Source: an uncultured Gammaproteobacteria bacterium (lineage in GTDB: Bacteria > Patescibacteriota > Patescibacteriia > Magasanikbacterales > UBA922). From it: a stretch of DNA of 64,000 bases. Position 1 is the stretch's first letter, and each line of letters starts with the position of its first letter. Where the stretch lies: the NCBI GenBank assembly GCA_964522435.1, contig CAZFUL010000001.1, forward strand, positions 11,612 to 75,611. Reading direction: 5' to 3'. Made by a program: the position numbers and the translations under genes. This document shows positions 9,049 to 18,444 of this stretch, in pieces. The notes below the pieces were generated by a model that did no database searches, was not told the DNA's origin, and saw only the letters and a program-made list of their open reading frames with translations.

Positions 9049-11361
9049 TTATGCTGTTGCCTTTTTCTTTCGTGGGAATTTTCTTTTGGGTTTTGCATTT
9101 TTGAGGAGGTCTTCGCATTGTTCTTGGGTTAACTCTTCTGGCTTTTCACAATCTTTTGGAATACGCGCATTTTTTGTTCCATCGGTGATATAAGCGCCAT
9201 ACGGGCCTCGTAAGAGTTTAATGGTTGTATCAGGAAATTCTTTAATAATTTTTTTTGCTTTTTCTTCGCGTCCTTGGGTAATAACTTCCTGGGCTTCATT
9301 AAAGGTAATTGTATAGGGGCTTTTTTCTGATTTTTTTAGTGAAAAATATTCTTTTGCGACTTGCACATACGGGCCAAATCGTCCTGTATTTGCAATAACC
9401 GCTTGTCCTTCCCATTCCCCAAGGGTACGAGGAAGAGATAAAAAGACCAGCGCTGTATCAAGGGTGACCGAATCCATCGGTACCTCTTTTGGAATGGCTG
9501 CAAATCGTGGTTTTTCTTCATCATCTTTGGTGCCCAATTGGACAAAAGGACCATAGCGACCAATGCGGACACTAATTGGTTTTCCTGTTGCTGGATCAAT
9601 GCCTAATTCTCGGGCATGCGCAATTTCTTGTTTGCTTAAGGCATCTGTTTTTTCTACAATGGTATTGTGAAAGGGTTGATAAAACGTTGCAATAATGGGT
9701 TGCCAATGTTTTTGTCCTAAGGCAATCGCATCTAAATTTTCTTCCATTTGTGCGGTGAAATGATAATCAACAATATCTGGAAAATGTTCAGATAATAACT
9801 CAGTAACAATGGTTGCCATGAGCGTGGGAGCAAAGCGTTTATCATCGTCTCGGGTAACATATTCTCTTGCCTCGATGGTGGCTATTGTTGGCGCATAGGT
9901 ACTTGGACGACCAATACCATAGGTTTCCATTATTTTAATAAGCGTGGCATCGGAATATCGTGCCGGAGGTTGTGTTTCATGCTTATTGTGTTGCATGGCA
10001 GTGGCAAACACAGGCATACCCTCTGTTAACACAGGTAGGGCCTGTTCTTTAGCAAATTCTGGATATAACAATAACCATCCATCAAAGCGGATTTGTTGCC
10101 CTGTTGCATGAAAACGATACATTTTTTTTGATATACCCGTTGCCTCAATATCAATACTGGTTTTTGCGAGAACTGCTTCTGCCATTTGCGTTGCAATGGT
10201 TCGTTTCCAAATAAGCGTATATAGCTTTAATTGTTGTGGATCTAAATACGCTGCAAGGCTTTCTGGCGTTTTGTTTGGATCTGTCGGACGAATTGCTTCG
10301 TGTGCTTCTTGCGCTCCTTTGCTGGTATTGGTATAACGCCGTGCTTTTTCAAGCGCATAGGTATTTCCGTATGTCTTTGTAATAAACGCTTGCGCGTCTT
10401 CTAAAAATTTATCAGATAAATTCGTAGAGTCAGTACGCATGTAGGTAATTAATCCCACTTGCTCATTGTTACCAACATGAATTCCTTCGTACAGTTGTTG
10501 GGCAAGTCGCATGGTTTGTTTGGAAGAAAAGCCATGCTTTTGGTTTGCTTGTTGTTGCATGGTTGAAGTTCTAAATGGGGGAGGAGGCGTTCGTTTTGCA
10601 TCTTTTTGTTCAATAGTGCTTACGCTATAGCTTGTTTTTTCTAGATCCTGAACAATATTTGTTGCTTTTTCTTCGGTATCAATATCAAATTTTTCTATTT
10701 TTACGGTATCAATCGCCTGGAGTGTTGCCGGAATAAGAATATCGGATGTTTTTTGTGTATCAACCGAAAATTGCGCATCAATGGTCCAGTATGCTTGAGA
10801 AATAAATGCTTCTCGTTCTTTTTCTCGTTCAACAATTAATTTTACGGCAACAGATTGTACACGACCGGCAGATAAACCACGAGCTACTTTTTTCCATAGT
10901 AGAGGAGAGAGCTCGTATCCAACTAAACGATCAACAATACGACGTGCTTGCTGAGCGTCGACTAATTGTTGATCAATCGCGCGAGGATGGGCAAGCGCAT
11001 GTTCTATGGCTGTTTTAGTAATTTCATGAAACACAATCCGCTCTGCTTTATCCGTAGGAATACCTAATACTTCGGCAAGATGCCAGGAAATTGCTTCTCC
11101 TTCTCTATCTTCGTCAGTTGCAAAAATAATACCACCACTTTTTTTGGCGAGTTCTTTTAATTTTTTTACTTGTTCTGTTTTTTCTTTGGGTATTTTGTAG
11201 GTAGGTAAAAATGTACCGCCTTCAATATCTACCCCCATCTTACTTTTTGGAAGATCGCGAATATGTCCAAAAGAAGAAGTAACGGTGAATTTACTGCCTA
11301 AGAATTGAGAAATAGTTTTTGCTTTTGTAGGAGATTCGACAATAATAAGGGGTTTTGCCAT
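9049..11361 (-). CDS. topA: DNA topoisomerase I
   Basis: Toprim N-terminus 'LIIVESPTKAKTISQFLG', 770 aa, Lys/Arg-rich C-terminal tail. Confidence 0.9.
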   Translation of the reverse strand: MAKPLIIVESPTKAKTISQFLGSKFTVTSSFGHIRDLPKSKMGVDIEGGTFLPTYKIPKEKTEQVKKLKELAKKSGGIIFATDEDREGEAISWHLAEVLGIPTDKAERIVFHEITKTAIEHALAHPRAIDQQLVDAQQARRIVDRLVGYELSPLLWKKVARGLSAGRVQSVAVKLIVEREKEREAFISQAYWTIDAQFSVDTQKTSDILIPATLQAIDTVKIEKFDIDTEEKATNIVQDLEKTSYSVSTIEQKDAKRTPPPPFRTSTMQQQANQKHGFSSKQTMRLAQQLYEGIHVGNNEQVGLITYMRTDSTNLSDKFLEDAQAFITKTYGNTYALEKARRYTNTSKGAQEAHEAIRPTDPNKTPESLAAYLDPQQLKLYTLIWKRTIATQMAEAVLAKTSIDIEATGISKKMYRFHATGQQIRFDGWLLLYPEFAKEQALPVLTEGMPVFATAMQHNKHETQPPARYSDATLIKIMETYGIGRPSTYAPTIATIEAREYVTRDDDKRFAPTLMATIVTELLSEHFPDIVDYHFTAQMEENLDAIALGQKHWQPIIATFYQPFHNTIVEKTDALSKQEIAHARELGIDPATGKPISVRIGRYGPFVQLGTKDDEEKPRFAAIPKEVPMDSVTLDTALVFLSLPRTLGEWEGQAVIANTGRFGPYVQVAKEYFSLKKSEKSPYTITFNEAQEVITQGREEKAKKIIKEFPDTTIKLLRGPYGAYITDGTKNARIPKDCEKPEELTQEQCEDLLKNAKPKRKFPRKKKATA

Positions 11362-11407
11362 ATGGAAGAGAATAGGGCGATATAATAAAGGAGGCCGCCC
11401 CTATTTG

Positions 11408-12775
11408 TCAACTGTCTTTTACTATAGCACGAATTTGACCAGATAAAAATATGGAGCCGGTAACAAGAAGCAGGTCTTTTGTTTTTTGTTGAGAGCGACT
11501 CCAGGCGAGTGCTTCTGTTGGATTAACAAAGGCTTGTATGCGTGCGTTTGGAAGTTTTTTCTTACACATACGGGCAACGTCAGCAGGAAACGCAACTGCC
11601 CGAAACGGGTTCATCGTATCTCTGGTACAGGCAATACTTTTTGGTTCTAAACGTGCAAGTAATGTAATGAGGGTGGTAATTTTTTTATTTTCCGAAAAAC
11701 AAATAATAAGGTGAAGTTCTTTCCACAATTTGGGTTGTCTATTTTTTATCGAGAGCAGTGTTTCTACGGTTGAACGTATTTTTTCATTGTTATGCGCACC
11801 ATCTACCATAAAAAGAGGGGTGCTGGTCAATAGCTCTAGACGCAACGGCTGGACTGCGTTCTGTAATCCTTTTTGGATTGATGGAAGGGGAATCCCTAAT
11901 TTTTTTGCTGCTTCAATACAGACGAGTGCATTTTCTATTTGATGTGTTCCTGAAACAGGAAGATGGTAGCGTTGTTGTTCATACAGAAAATCAATACCTT
12001 GTAATTCTTGAGTAATGATCTGTGCCTGTTTTAAAGAAATGGCGGTAAAAGAAGCTGCATGTTGTTTGGTATATTCACTTTCAAACATACTGCGAAGATT
12101 TTTTTGTTTTTCTGCAGTAATAACATGACTGTCTTTTTTTATAATGCCTGCTTTTTCATAGGCAATTTTTTCTTTGGTATCTCCGAGAAGGTCAAGATGG
12201 TCGAGTCCGATATTGGTGATAATGGCCACATCAGTATATGGAAGAACATTGGTTGCATCGTATCTTCCACCACAGCCAACTTCTATAACAGCGTAGTCTA
12301 CCTTCTGTTGTGCAAACCAGAGAAATGCAATAGCATGACAAATTTCTAAAAATGTTGGTACGTCATATGGGGCTTGTTGAATACAACGATCAAGAATAGG
12401 TTGCAGTTGTTGTATGAGAGAAACAAATTCTTTTTCACTCATGAATGTATTATTGATACGCCATCGTTCTCGGATAGTACTTGGGTGAGGGGAATAGGTT
12501 GATCCGACCTTGTACCCTGCTGCATGAAGGATGCTATGCATGTAGGCGGTGGTAGAACCTTTGCCGCTTGTTCCGGTAACATGCACATAGTGGGGAATAT
12601 TGTGTTGTGGATTGTTAAGTAAAGACAAAAAATGTCGCATCTGTTTGATGCTTTGGGTACCTTGTGTTGTTCCTGCTTTGCGTTTTTTACGACGAAGGTT
12701 ATTAAAGGATAACACGTAATTGTAGGCATCTTGATAGGTCATAAGAGATATAGGTAATGTTGTAGAGGATAACAA
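11408..12775 (-). CDS. Mur-ligase family protein, FolC-like (folylpolyglutamate/dihydrofolate synthase-like)
   Basis: Has a P-loop 'VTGTSGKGST'. The Mur ligase middle and C-terminal domain architecture is present. Confidence 0.6.
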   Translation of the reverse strand: MLSSTTLPISLMTYQDAYNYVLSFNNLRRKKRKAGTTQGTQSIKQMRHFLSLLNNPQHNIPHYVHVTGTSGKGSTTAYMHSILHAAGYKVGSTYSPHPSTIRERWRINNTFMSEKEFVSLIQQLQPILDRCIQQAPYDVPTFLEICHAIAFLWFAQQKVDYAVIEVGCGGRYDATNVLPYTDVAIITNIGLDHLDLLGDTKEKIAYEKAGIIKKDSHVITAEKQKNLRSMFESEYTKQHAASFTAISLKQAQIITQELQGIDFLYEQQRYHLPVSGTHQIENALVCIEAAKKLGIPLPSIQKGLQNAVQPLRLELLTSTPLFMVDGAHNNEKIRSTVETLLSIKNRQPKLWKELHLIICFSENKKITTLITLLARLEPKSIACTRDTMNPFRAVAFPADVARMCKKKLPNARIQAFVNPTEALAWSRSQQKTKDLLLVTGSIFLSGQIRAIVKDS

Positions 12776-12796
12776 GTCTCTCCATTCACGTCAATT

Positions 12797-13879
12797 TCAT
12801 CTTTTTTGTATATAGTGCATGCCACCTATTTGTGTAATAAATTGTTGCAGCTCTAAAAGGGTAAGACTGGATGCGATGATTGATTTTTTTTCTGGGAATG
12901 CACGCAACATATCATCAATATGCATAGGAATTTCTGGATCAAGATACGAAAATAGTTTGGCATGAAACGGATCACTAGGCATCCGTTTTGGGGGAGTCTG
13001 TTGTTCTTTTTTTGTGCGTAATCCCAATAAAGAAACAATATCATCGACTTGTTGTATCACCTGCGCTCCTTGTGAAATTAAGCGATTTACACCGATGCTC
13101 GTTTCGGAAGTAATATTTTGAGGAATAGCAAGAACATCTTTTCCTTGTTCGAGTGCATAGCTTGCGGTAATAAGTGCACCAGAGGTTTGGGCTGCTTCTA
13201 TGACTAATGTTGCCTGAGAAAGTGCTGCAATAATGCGATTTCTTTCTGGGAATGCATACGGGGTAATGGGTGCATTGATTGGTTTTTCTGATATAAGTGC
13301 GCCTTGGTGGCTAAGGATGTTCTCTGCAAGCGGCAGGTGTTTTTGTGGAGCAATACCATGGTTGTTTACACCGCCGGGGACGACCGCAATAGTATGGCCT
13401 CCATGAGTAATAGCTGTTTGATGGGCGATAGAATCAACGCCAAAGGCTAAGCCACTGACTATAGATAACTGGTGGTTGGTCACCAATTCTTTTACAAATT
13501 GTTGTGTGATATGTTTTGCGTAGGCACTGGGTTTGCGTGGCCCAACAACCGCAAGACGGGGAAGATGAGACAGTCCTCCACGAATAAATAGACAAAATGG
13601 GGCGTCGTTGAGGACTAAAAATTCTTTTGGATACTCAGGTTGGTGAATTGATATCACCTGAATCTGTTCTTGCGCCAATTGTTTTTCTATTTCTGTTTCA
13701 TTAAGCTGTTCTCGCCAACGGATAAACGCGGCAATAAGCGCTGTGTCCCACTGTGTTGCGCTGAGTTCTTTTGCATTTGCTTGCCAAGCACTATCCAAAG
13801 AAGAAAATAAACGGATAAGTGTTTGGTATCGTGCGCGAGTTGCTCGTGGAAAACATGCAAAAAGTCCCTCCTTATGCAT
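12797..13879 (-). CDS. dprA: DNA processing protein DprA/Smf
   Basis: Rossmann core 'LAVVGPRKPSAYAKHITQQFVKELVTNHQLSIVSGLAFGVDSIAHQTAI'. Confidence 0.85.
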   Translation of the reverse strand: MHKEGLFACFPRATRARYQTLIRLFSSLDSAWQANAKELSATQWDTALIAAFIRWREQLNETEIEKQLAQEQIQVISIHQPEYPKEFLVLNDAPFCLFIRGGLSHLPRLAVVGPRKPSAYAKHITQQFVKELVTNHQLSIVSGLAFGVDSIAHQTAITHGGHTIAVVPGGVNNHGIAPQKHLPLAENILSHQGALISEKPINAPITPYAFPERNRIIAALSQATLVIEAAQTSGALITASYALEQGKDVLAIPQNITSETSIGVNRLISQGAQVIQQVDDIVSLLGLRTKKEQQTPPKRMPSDPFHAKLFSYLDPEIPMHIDDMLRAFPEKKSIIASSLTLLELQQFITQIGGMHYIQKR

Positions 13880-13891
13880 ATAAAAAAATAA

Positions 13892-14443
13892 TTAAGGTGA
13901 TGATAAGCGTTTTTCTATGATAAGGAGGGTGTCTTTTATAAGCGTATCAACAATTGGTCTTTCTAATATGCCAAATTTTCCTAATACAAAAGAAGAGGTA
14001 TCTTCCATTTTTTTTATATTTTTTGAGGCAATACCAATACGGATTCTGGTATATGCGTTTGTTCCAATATGTTCGGTAATTGATTTAATGCCATTATGTC
14101 CTGCGTCGCCACGTTTTTCTTGCACTTTAATTTCTCCCAAGGGAATATCTTTTTCATCTTGTATCACAATAATATCTTTAGGCAAGATGTGATAATAATG
14201 TGCAATTAACCCAACTGCTTCACCAGAATGGTTCATAAAGGTGGTGGGTTTCGCGAGAAATATTTTTTCGCCACTAATAACACAACCAGCGATATTGGCA
14301 TTAAATTTTTTACTTAATTCCCATTCAGAAATATCTGCGCTTTGTAAACGCGCATGCAGTGCGTCTAAGACCATAAACCCGATGTTGTGTCGAGTTTTTT
14401 CGTATTGTTTTCCGGGATTTCCCAGTCCAACAATCAATTTCAT
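13892..14443 (-). CDS. pth: peptidyl-tRNA hydrolase
   Basis: 'MKLIVGLGNPGKQYEKTRHNIGFMVLD'. Confidence 0.9.
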   Translation of the reverse strand: MKLIVGLGNPGKQYEKTRHNIGFMVLDALHARLQSADISEWELSKKFNANIAGCVISGEKIFLAKPTTFMNHSGEAVGLIAHYYHILPKDIIVIQDEKDIPLGEIKVQEKRGDAGHNGIKSITEHIGTNAYTRIRIGIASKNIKKMEDTSSFVLGKFGILERPIVDTLIKDTLLIIEKRLSSP

Positions 14444-14472
14444 ATGAGAGAGACGAAGAGGCGAGTAAAAAA

Positions 14473-15924
14473 TTATCGTTTTACTTTGGTGAGTTTGATA
14501 ACAAGAGGCGTACCAAGAAAGTTAAATTGTTCACGCAATTTATTTTCTAAATAATTTAAGTACGATCGGTGCAGCGATGTTTTTGCTTTGACAAATAATT
14601 CAAATATCGGTGGAGATTCATGAATTTGTCTGATGCCCATGAGTTTTGGATGTTTTGTTCCTTTTCCTCGTGCAGGACGATGTTCACTTGTTACTTGTCG
14701 TAAAAAGTATTCAAGCGCTTTTACGGGAATTTTGGTATGGCGTGCTTCCCAAATACGCATAATTAATGGAAATATTTTGTGTATACCTGTTCCTTTTTTT
14801 CCGCTGACAAAAAGAAGTTCTGCAAAATCTAAGTGGGGGAATTGGGTATAGATACGTCGTTTAATTTCTTGTTGTTGTTTATCGCTAATATCATCACTTA
14901 AATCCCATTTATTTATTAAAATAATAACGCTTTTTGAACGACGCTCAATTAAACCACCCAATTGCATGTCTTGGGAGCTAATATCTTCTGTGCTATCAAC
15001 GACAAATAAAATAATATCAGATTTTTCTAGGGTTTCCACACTTTTGTGAATCCCTTGTTTTTCTAAGGTACCTCGCACGTGTGATTTTCTGCGAATACCG
15101 GCAGTATCAATAAAATTCATTAATTGTGTTTTGTCTTCTCTTGTTTTTTCTAGTACACCCTCTACGTCAGATTCATTCATTTGAGAATAGGTATAGGTAA
15201 CTAAGGTATCATGTGGTTCTCGAGTAGTATGAGCAACATCACTAACAATTACTTTTTCTTCACCAATGAGTTTGTTGAATAATGATGATTTACCCACATT
15301 TGGTTTTCCAATAAGCGCAATTTGAATGGTGTCTGCTTGTTCTTGAGGTAAGGTTGGTTGTTTATTTGCTAATTGGAGTTGTTCGTAGATAGTATCTAAT
15401 AAGTCTCCAATGTTTCTTCCATTGCTGGCTGAAATAGGGAATGGTTCTCCCATGCCAAGTTTATACCATTCTGGTTCACTTAAATTTCCGGAAATTCTTT
15501 TATTGTCTACTTTATTGGCAATAAGAAGAATAGGTTTTTGTTTTTTTCTTCGTAGCCGTTTTGCGAGCTCAAATTCTTGTGGCATCGGACCACTTTTTGC
15601 ATCAATAATAAACAAAATCAAATCTGCTTTTTTCATTGCTTGTTCTGATTGTTCAACAATTTCTGTTTCAAAAGCGACATCTTTTTCTAATGACAATCCA
15701 CCCGTATCAATAAGCCGAATATAATGTCCACGCCATAAGACCATGCCTTCATTATTGGTTCTTGTTGTTCCAGGAATATCTGATACCATGGCTTTTTGCG
15801 ATTCTATAAGACGGTTAAATAAGGTAGATTTACCAACATTCATTCTGCCAACAATCGCGACGGTTGGCATGGGGAGGGGAAATTGTTCTTTACTAGTAGC
15901 CATATTATTCAATAAAATCATCAC
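14473..15924 (-). CDS. der: ribosome-associated GTPase Der/EngA
   Basis: Two tandem GTPase domains, 'GRMNVGKSTLFNRL' and 'GKPNVGKSSLFNKL', plus a KH-like C-terminus. Confidence 0.9.
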   Translation of the reverse strand: MMILLNNMATSKEQFPLPMPTVAIVGRMNVGKSTLFNRLIESQKAMVSDIPGTTRTNNEGMVLWRGHYIRLIDTGGLSLEKDVAFETEIVEQSEQAMKKADLILFIIDAKSGPMPQEFELAKRLRRKKQKPILLIANKVDNKRISGNLSEPEWYKLGMGEPFPISASNGRNIGDLLDTIYEQLQLANKQPTLPQEQADTIQIALIGKPNVGKSSLFNKLIGEEKVIVSDVAHTTREPHDTLVTYTYSQMNESDVEGVLEKTREDKTQLMNFIDTAGIRRKSHVRGTLEKQGIHKSVETLEKSDIILFVVDSTEDISSQDMQLGGLIERRSKSVIILINKWDLSDDISDKQQQEIKRRIYTQFPHLDFAELLFVSGKKGTGIHKIFPLIMRIWEARHTKIPVKALEYFLRQVTSEHRPARGKGTKHPKLMGIRQIHESPPIFELFVKAKTSLHRSYLNYLENKLREQFNFLGTPLVIKLTKVKR

Positions 15925-17344
15925 CTAATATAATGAGCAAATCACTTGTAGAACTTGCTGATTCCCCTGGGGGCAGGGCAGTATCTTCAAAAGGGATCTG
16001 TAATTTAGTTGCAATTGCCTTCACCATGGCAGGATCTATAGTATTTGTCAAGACATAGAGGCCACTTTTTGGCAGCGGACGCTCCTTCGTATTGCTCACA
16101 ATTGCTCCTGGGTATTGTTCATCTAATTGGCTTTTTACTCGGGCTGCCAGGCCAACTCGCCAGGTAGCATTTTGAATTTCTATTTGCGGGGTTTTGACTA
16201 TTGCCGCGACAGAGGTGGTGACAATAGCTGTCTGAGGTGGCGTTGTATCTAATACCGTTGCTGGAGGATCATCAAATAATTGTTCAACGCGAGATTGAAT
16301 TTGTTCAAACGTTCTATCTGTCGGTAATAAAATAAATGATCCATCTGCACCAGTAGCATTTTCTAAGTAGCCATTGGGTCCATTATCGAGTGTCAGGTTA
16401 ATAATATTGTCCGTATTAAGATCTTTGCCAGTTTTGAGAAAGGCAATCATGTCTGAAAAGGTCATGTTGGTCACAATATTCTTATTTAGTGAGTCGGCAA
16501 TATCTTTCATGGTGTTTGGACTCGTAACCGTGGAAAAAGAAAGAATTTTATCTTTAAGTGCTAATAATACTTTTTGCTGTCTTTGCGAACGAGCAAAATC
16601 AGATCCTTCACCATTATTTCCATGACGAGAGCGTACAAACATTAACGCGGTTTCTCCATCCATAACTTGGGTTCCTTTTTTGAAAGAAATGGTTTGATAT
16701 TCGTAATTCTCGGCAGGGTATTCTTGATCAACAAACGAGCGTTCTACATTAACGCTAATCCCATTTACGGCATCAATCACGTCGACGAATGCTTGAAAGT
16801 CTACACGAATGTAATAATGAATTTCTTCTTTCAATATGTCTTCAACAATTTTTTTGGTAAGGAGTGGACCAGAATTTTTTTCTTCTACTTCACCAAACGC
16901 ATTGGCATGATTAATTTTTTTCTCACCATGTCCCGGAATAGTGACCGCAAGATCTCGGGGAATAGACACAAAACCTATTTGCCCAGTAGATGGTTTTATA
17001 CTTGCAAGAATAATCGTATCCGTAAGAAATGGGCCATCATGACCTGGGCCGCCTTGTCCGGTAATAAGAAAATTGATTCTATCTTGTCGTTCACCTTCTA
17101 AGCTAATATTTTTTGTAAAAATAAAATGTTTAATTTTATTAAAAATGCCTTTTGGGGCAAGTGGTTCTAGCGTTACCGGATCGTATTCAATAGGGATATT
17201 ACTACTCGAATTTCTCGCTTTGTGAATGCAGCCGCCGATTCCAATAACCAGGAGTATGGCAACAATAAAAAAAATAACGCGAGTATAGCGGGGTTTAATA
17301 TATTCTGTTTCTCGTTCAAGAAAGTTTACTGGGTATTTATCCAT
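15905..17344 (-). CDS. LytR-CpsA-Psr (LCP) family cell-envelope protein
   Basis: N-terminal TM segment. LCP core 'FLITGQGGPGHDGPFLTDTIILASI...VSIPRDL'. Confidence 0.75.
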   Translation of the reverse strand: MDKYPVNFLERETEYIKPRYTRVIFFIVAILLVIGIGGCIHKARNSSSNIPIEYDPVTLEPLAPKGIFNKIKHFIFTKNISLEGERQDRINFLITGQGGPGHDGPFLTDTIILASIKPSTGQIGFVSIPRDLAVTIPGHGEKKINHANAFGEVEEKNSGPLLTKKIVEDILKEEIHYYIRVDFQAFVDVIDAVNGISVNVERSFVDQEYPAENYEYQTISFKKGTQVMDGETALMFVRSRHGNNGEGSDFARSQRQQKVLLALKDKILSFSTVTSPNTMKDIADSLNKNIVTNMTFSDMIAFLKTGKDLNTDNIINLTLDNGPNGYLENATGADGSFILLPTDRTFEQIQSRVEQLFDDPPATVLDTTPPQTAIVTTSVAAIVKTPQIEIQNATWRVGLAARVKSQLDEQYPGAIVSNTKERPLPKSGLYVLTNTIDPAMVKAIATKLQIPFEDTALPPGESASSTSDLLIILGDDFIE

Positions 17345-17439
17345 ACGTATAGGCTAGTATACTAAACAATAGGGTGATTGTGCAATTATTGAATGGGGAG
17401 GGGAGAGTATGATATACTCTCTGTATCATTATTTTTTTC

Positions 17440-17952
17440 TTGAGTGCTATGCCACAACCTATTACGCGTCACATGGTCGCTGGGGATGTTTTGCATGAAT
17501 GGTCATTTCAGGAATATCAACAATATCAACGGACAACCGCGTGGTTTGTTATTATTGGGACGATAAGCGCCTTACTCTCTTTATTAGCACTGTGGCGAGG
17601 AAACTTTTTGTTTCTTGTGGTATTACTGTTATTTGGTATTATTTTATTTCTTCAATCTCAACACCCACCATTGCGTATTCCTTTTAAAATCACGACGCTC
17701 GGGATTGCTATTGGAGAAAAATTTTATCTCTATTCTGAGCTGAAAACATTTTATATTGTGTATCATCCAGATATTGTTCAGTCGTTATATTTTGAGGCAA
17801 CAGCACTGTATCGTCCGCATATTCATGTGCCCCTTATTGATCAGAATCCTATTGAGATACGAGACAGTCTATTACAGTTTTTATCAGAAGATATAGAAAA
17901 AGAACAGGAACCATTAAGCGAACGGGTAGCAAGGGATTTGCAACTCCATTAA
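17440..17952 (+). CDS. hypothetical membrane protein
   Basis: 170 aa with two hydrophobic helices. No recognisable motif. Confidence 0.4.
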   Translation: MSAMPQPITRHMVAGDVLHEWSFQEYQQYQRTTAWFVIIGTISALLSLLALWRGNFLFLVVLLLFGIILFLQSQHPPLRIPFKITTLGIAIGEKFYLYSELKTFYIVYHPDIVQSLYFEATALYRPHIHVPLIDQNPIEIRDSLLQFLSEDIEKEQEPLSERVARDLQLH

Positions 17953-18100
17953 TCGCTTAAACATTCGTCATATTGACAAACTGTCTAAAATTTTTTATTA
18001 TAGTCCCGCGATGATATAACAATTAACACGTGACTAGTAACAGTTAACGTCTTTTTAAAGCCTTGTTAATTGTAAATGGTTAACTGTTAAAAGTTAAGAT

Positions 18101-18172
18101 GCACTCGTCGTTCAATGGATAGGACGCCAGTTTGCGGAACTGGCAATCTAAGTTCGATTCTTAGCGGGTGCA
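18101..18172 (+). tRNA. tRNA-Arg (anticodon reads GCG)
   Basis: Cloverleaf folded by hand. Acceptor is gcactcg/cgggtgc, D-loop 'aatggata' has A20, anticodon stem is ccagt/actgg with loop 'ttgcgga', T-arm is ctaag-ttcgatt-cttag, discriminator is A. No CCA is encoded. Confidence 0.7.
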
Positions 18173-18444
18173 CTGCGCCTCGCCGTAGCGTTAGCGAAGG
18201 CGGGCTATCTGGCTACCATCAGACAAGCACGGGGTAAGCTCCCTCGTTGCGTAAGATAATTTTAATTCAAAGAATAAGCTTTTAAGTATGTACAAAAAGA
18301 AAAAAGTGGCAGAAAAGAAACATCGAAAAAATAAAGGAAAAAAATTAGCAACCTTACGATTTCGATAAATTGCTCATAAAAAATCCTCGATACGCTCGAG
18401 GGTTTTTTATTTGAGAAAATAGGCAATAGTGGTACAATTTTTGT

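Noticed and set aside
8919-9104. 61-aa plus-strand ORF inside the candidate sRNA region.
   Set aside because: It has no SD and runs into the topA 3' end on the other strand. The hydrophobic, low-complexity translation is more likely a by-product of the structured RNA and terminator region.
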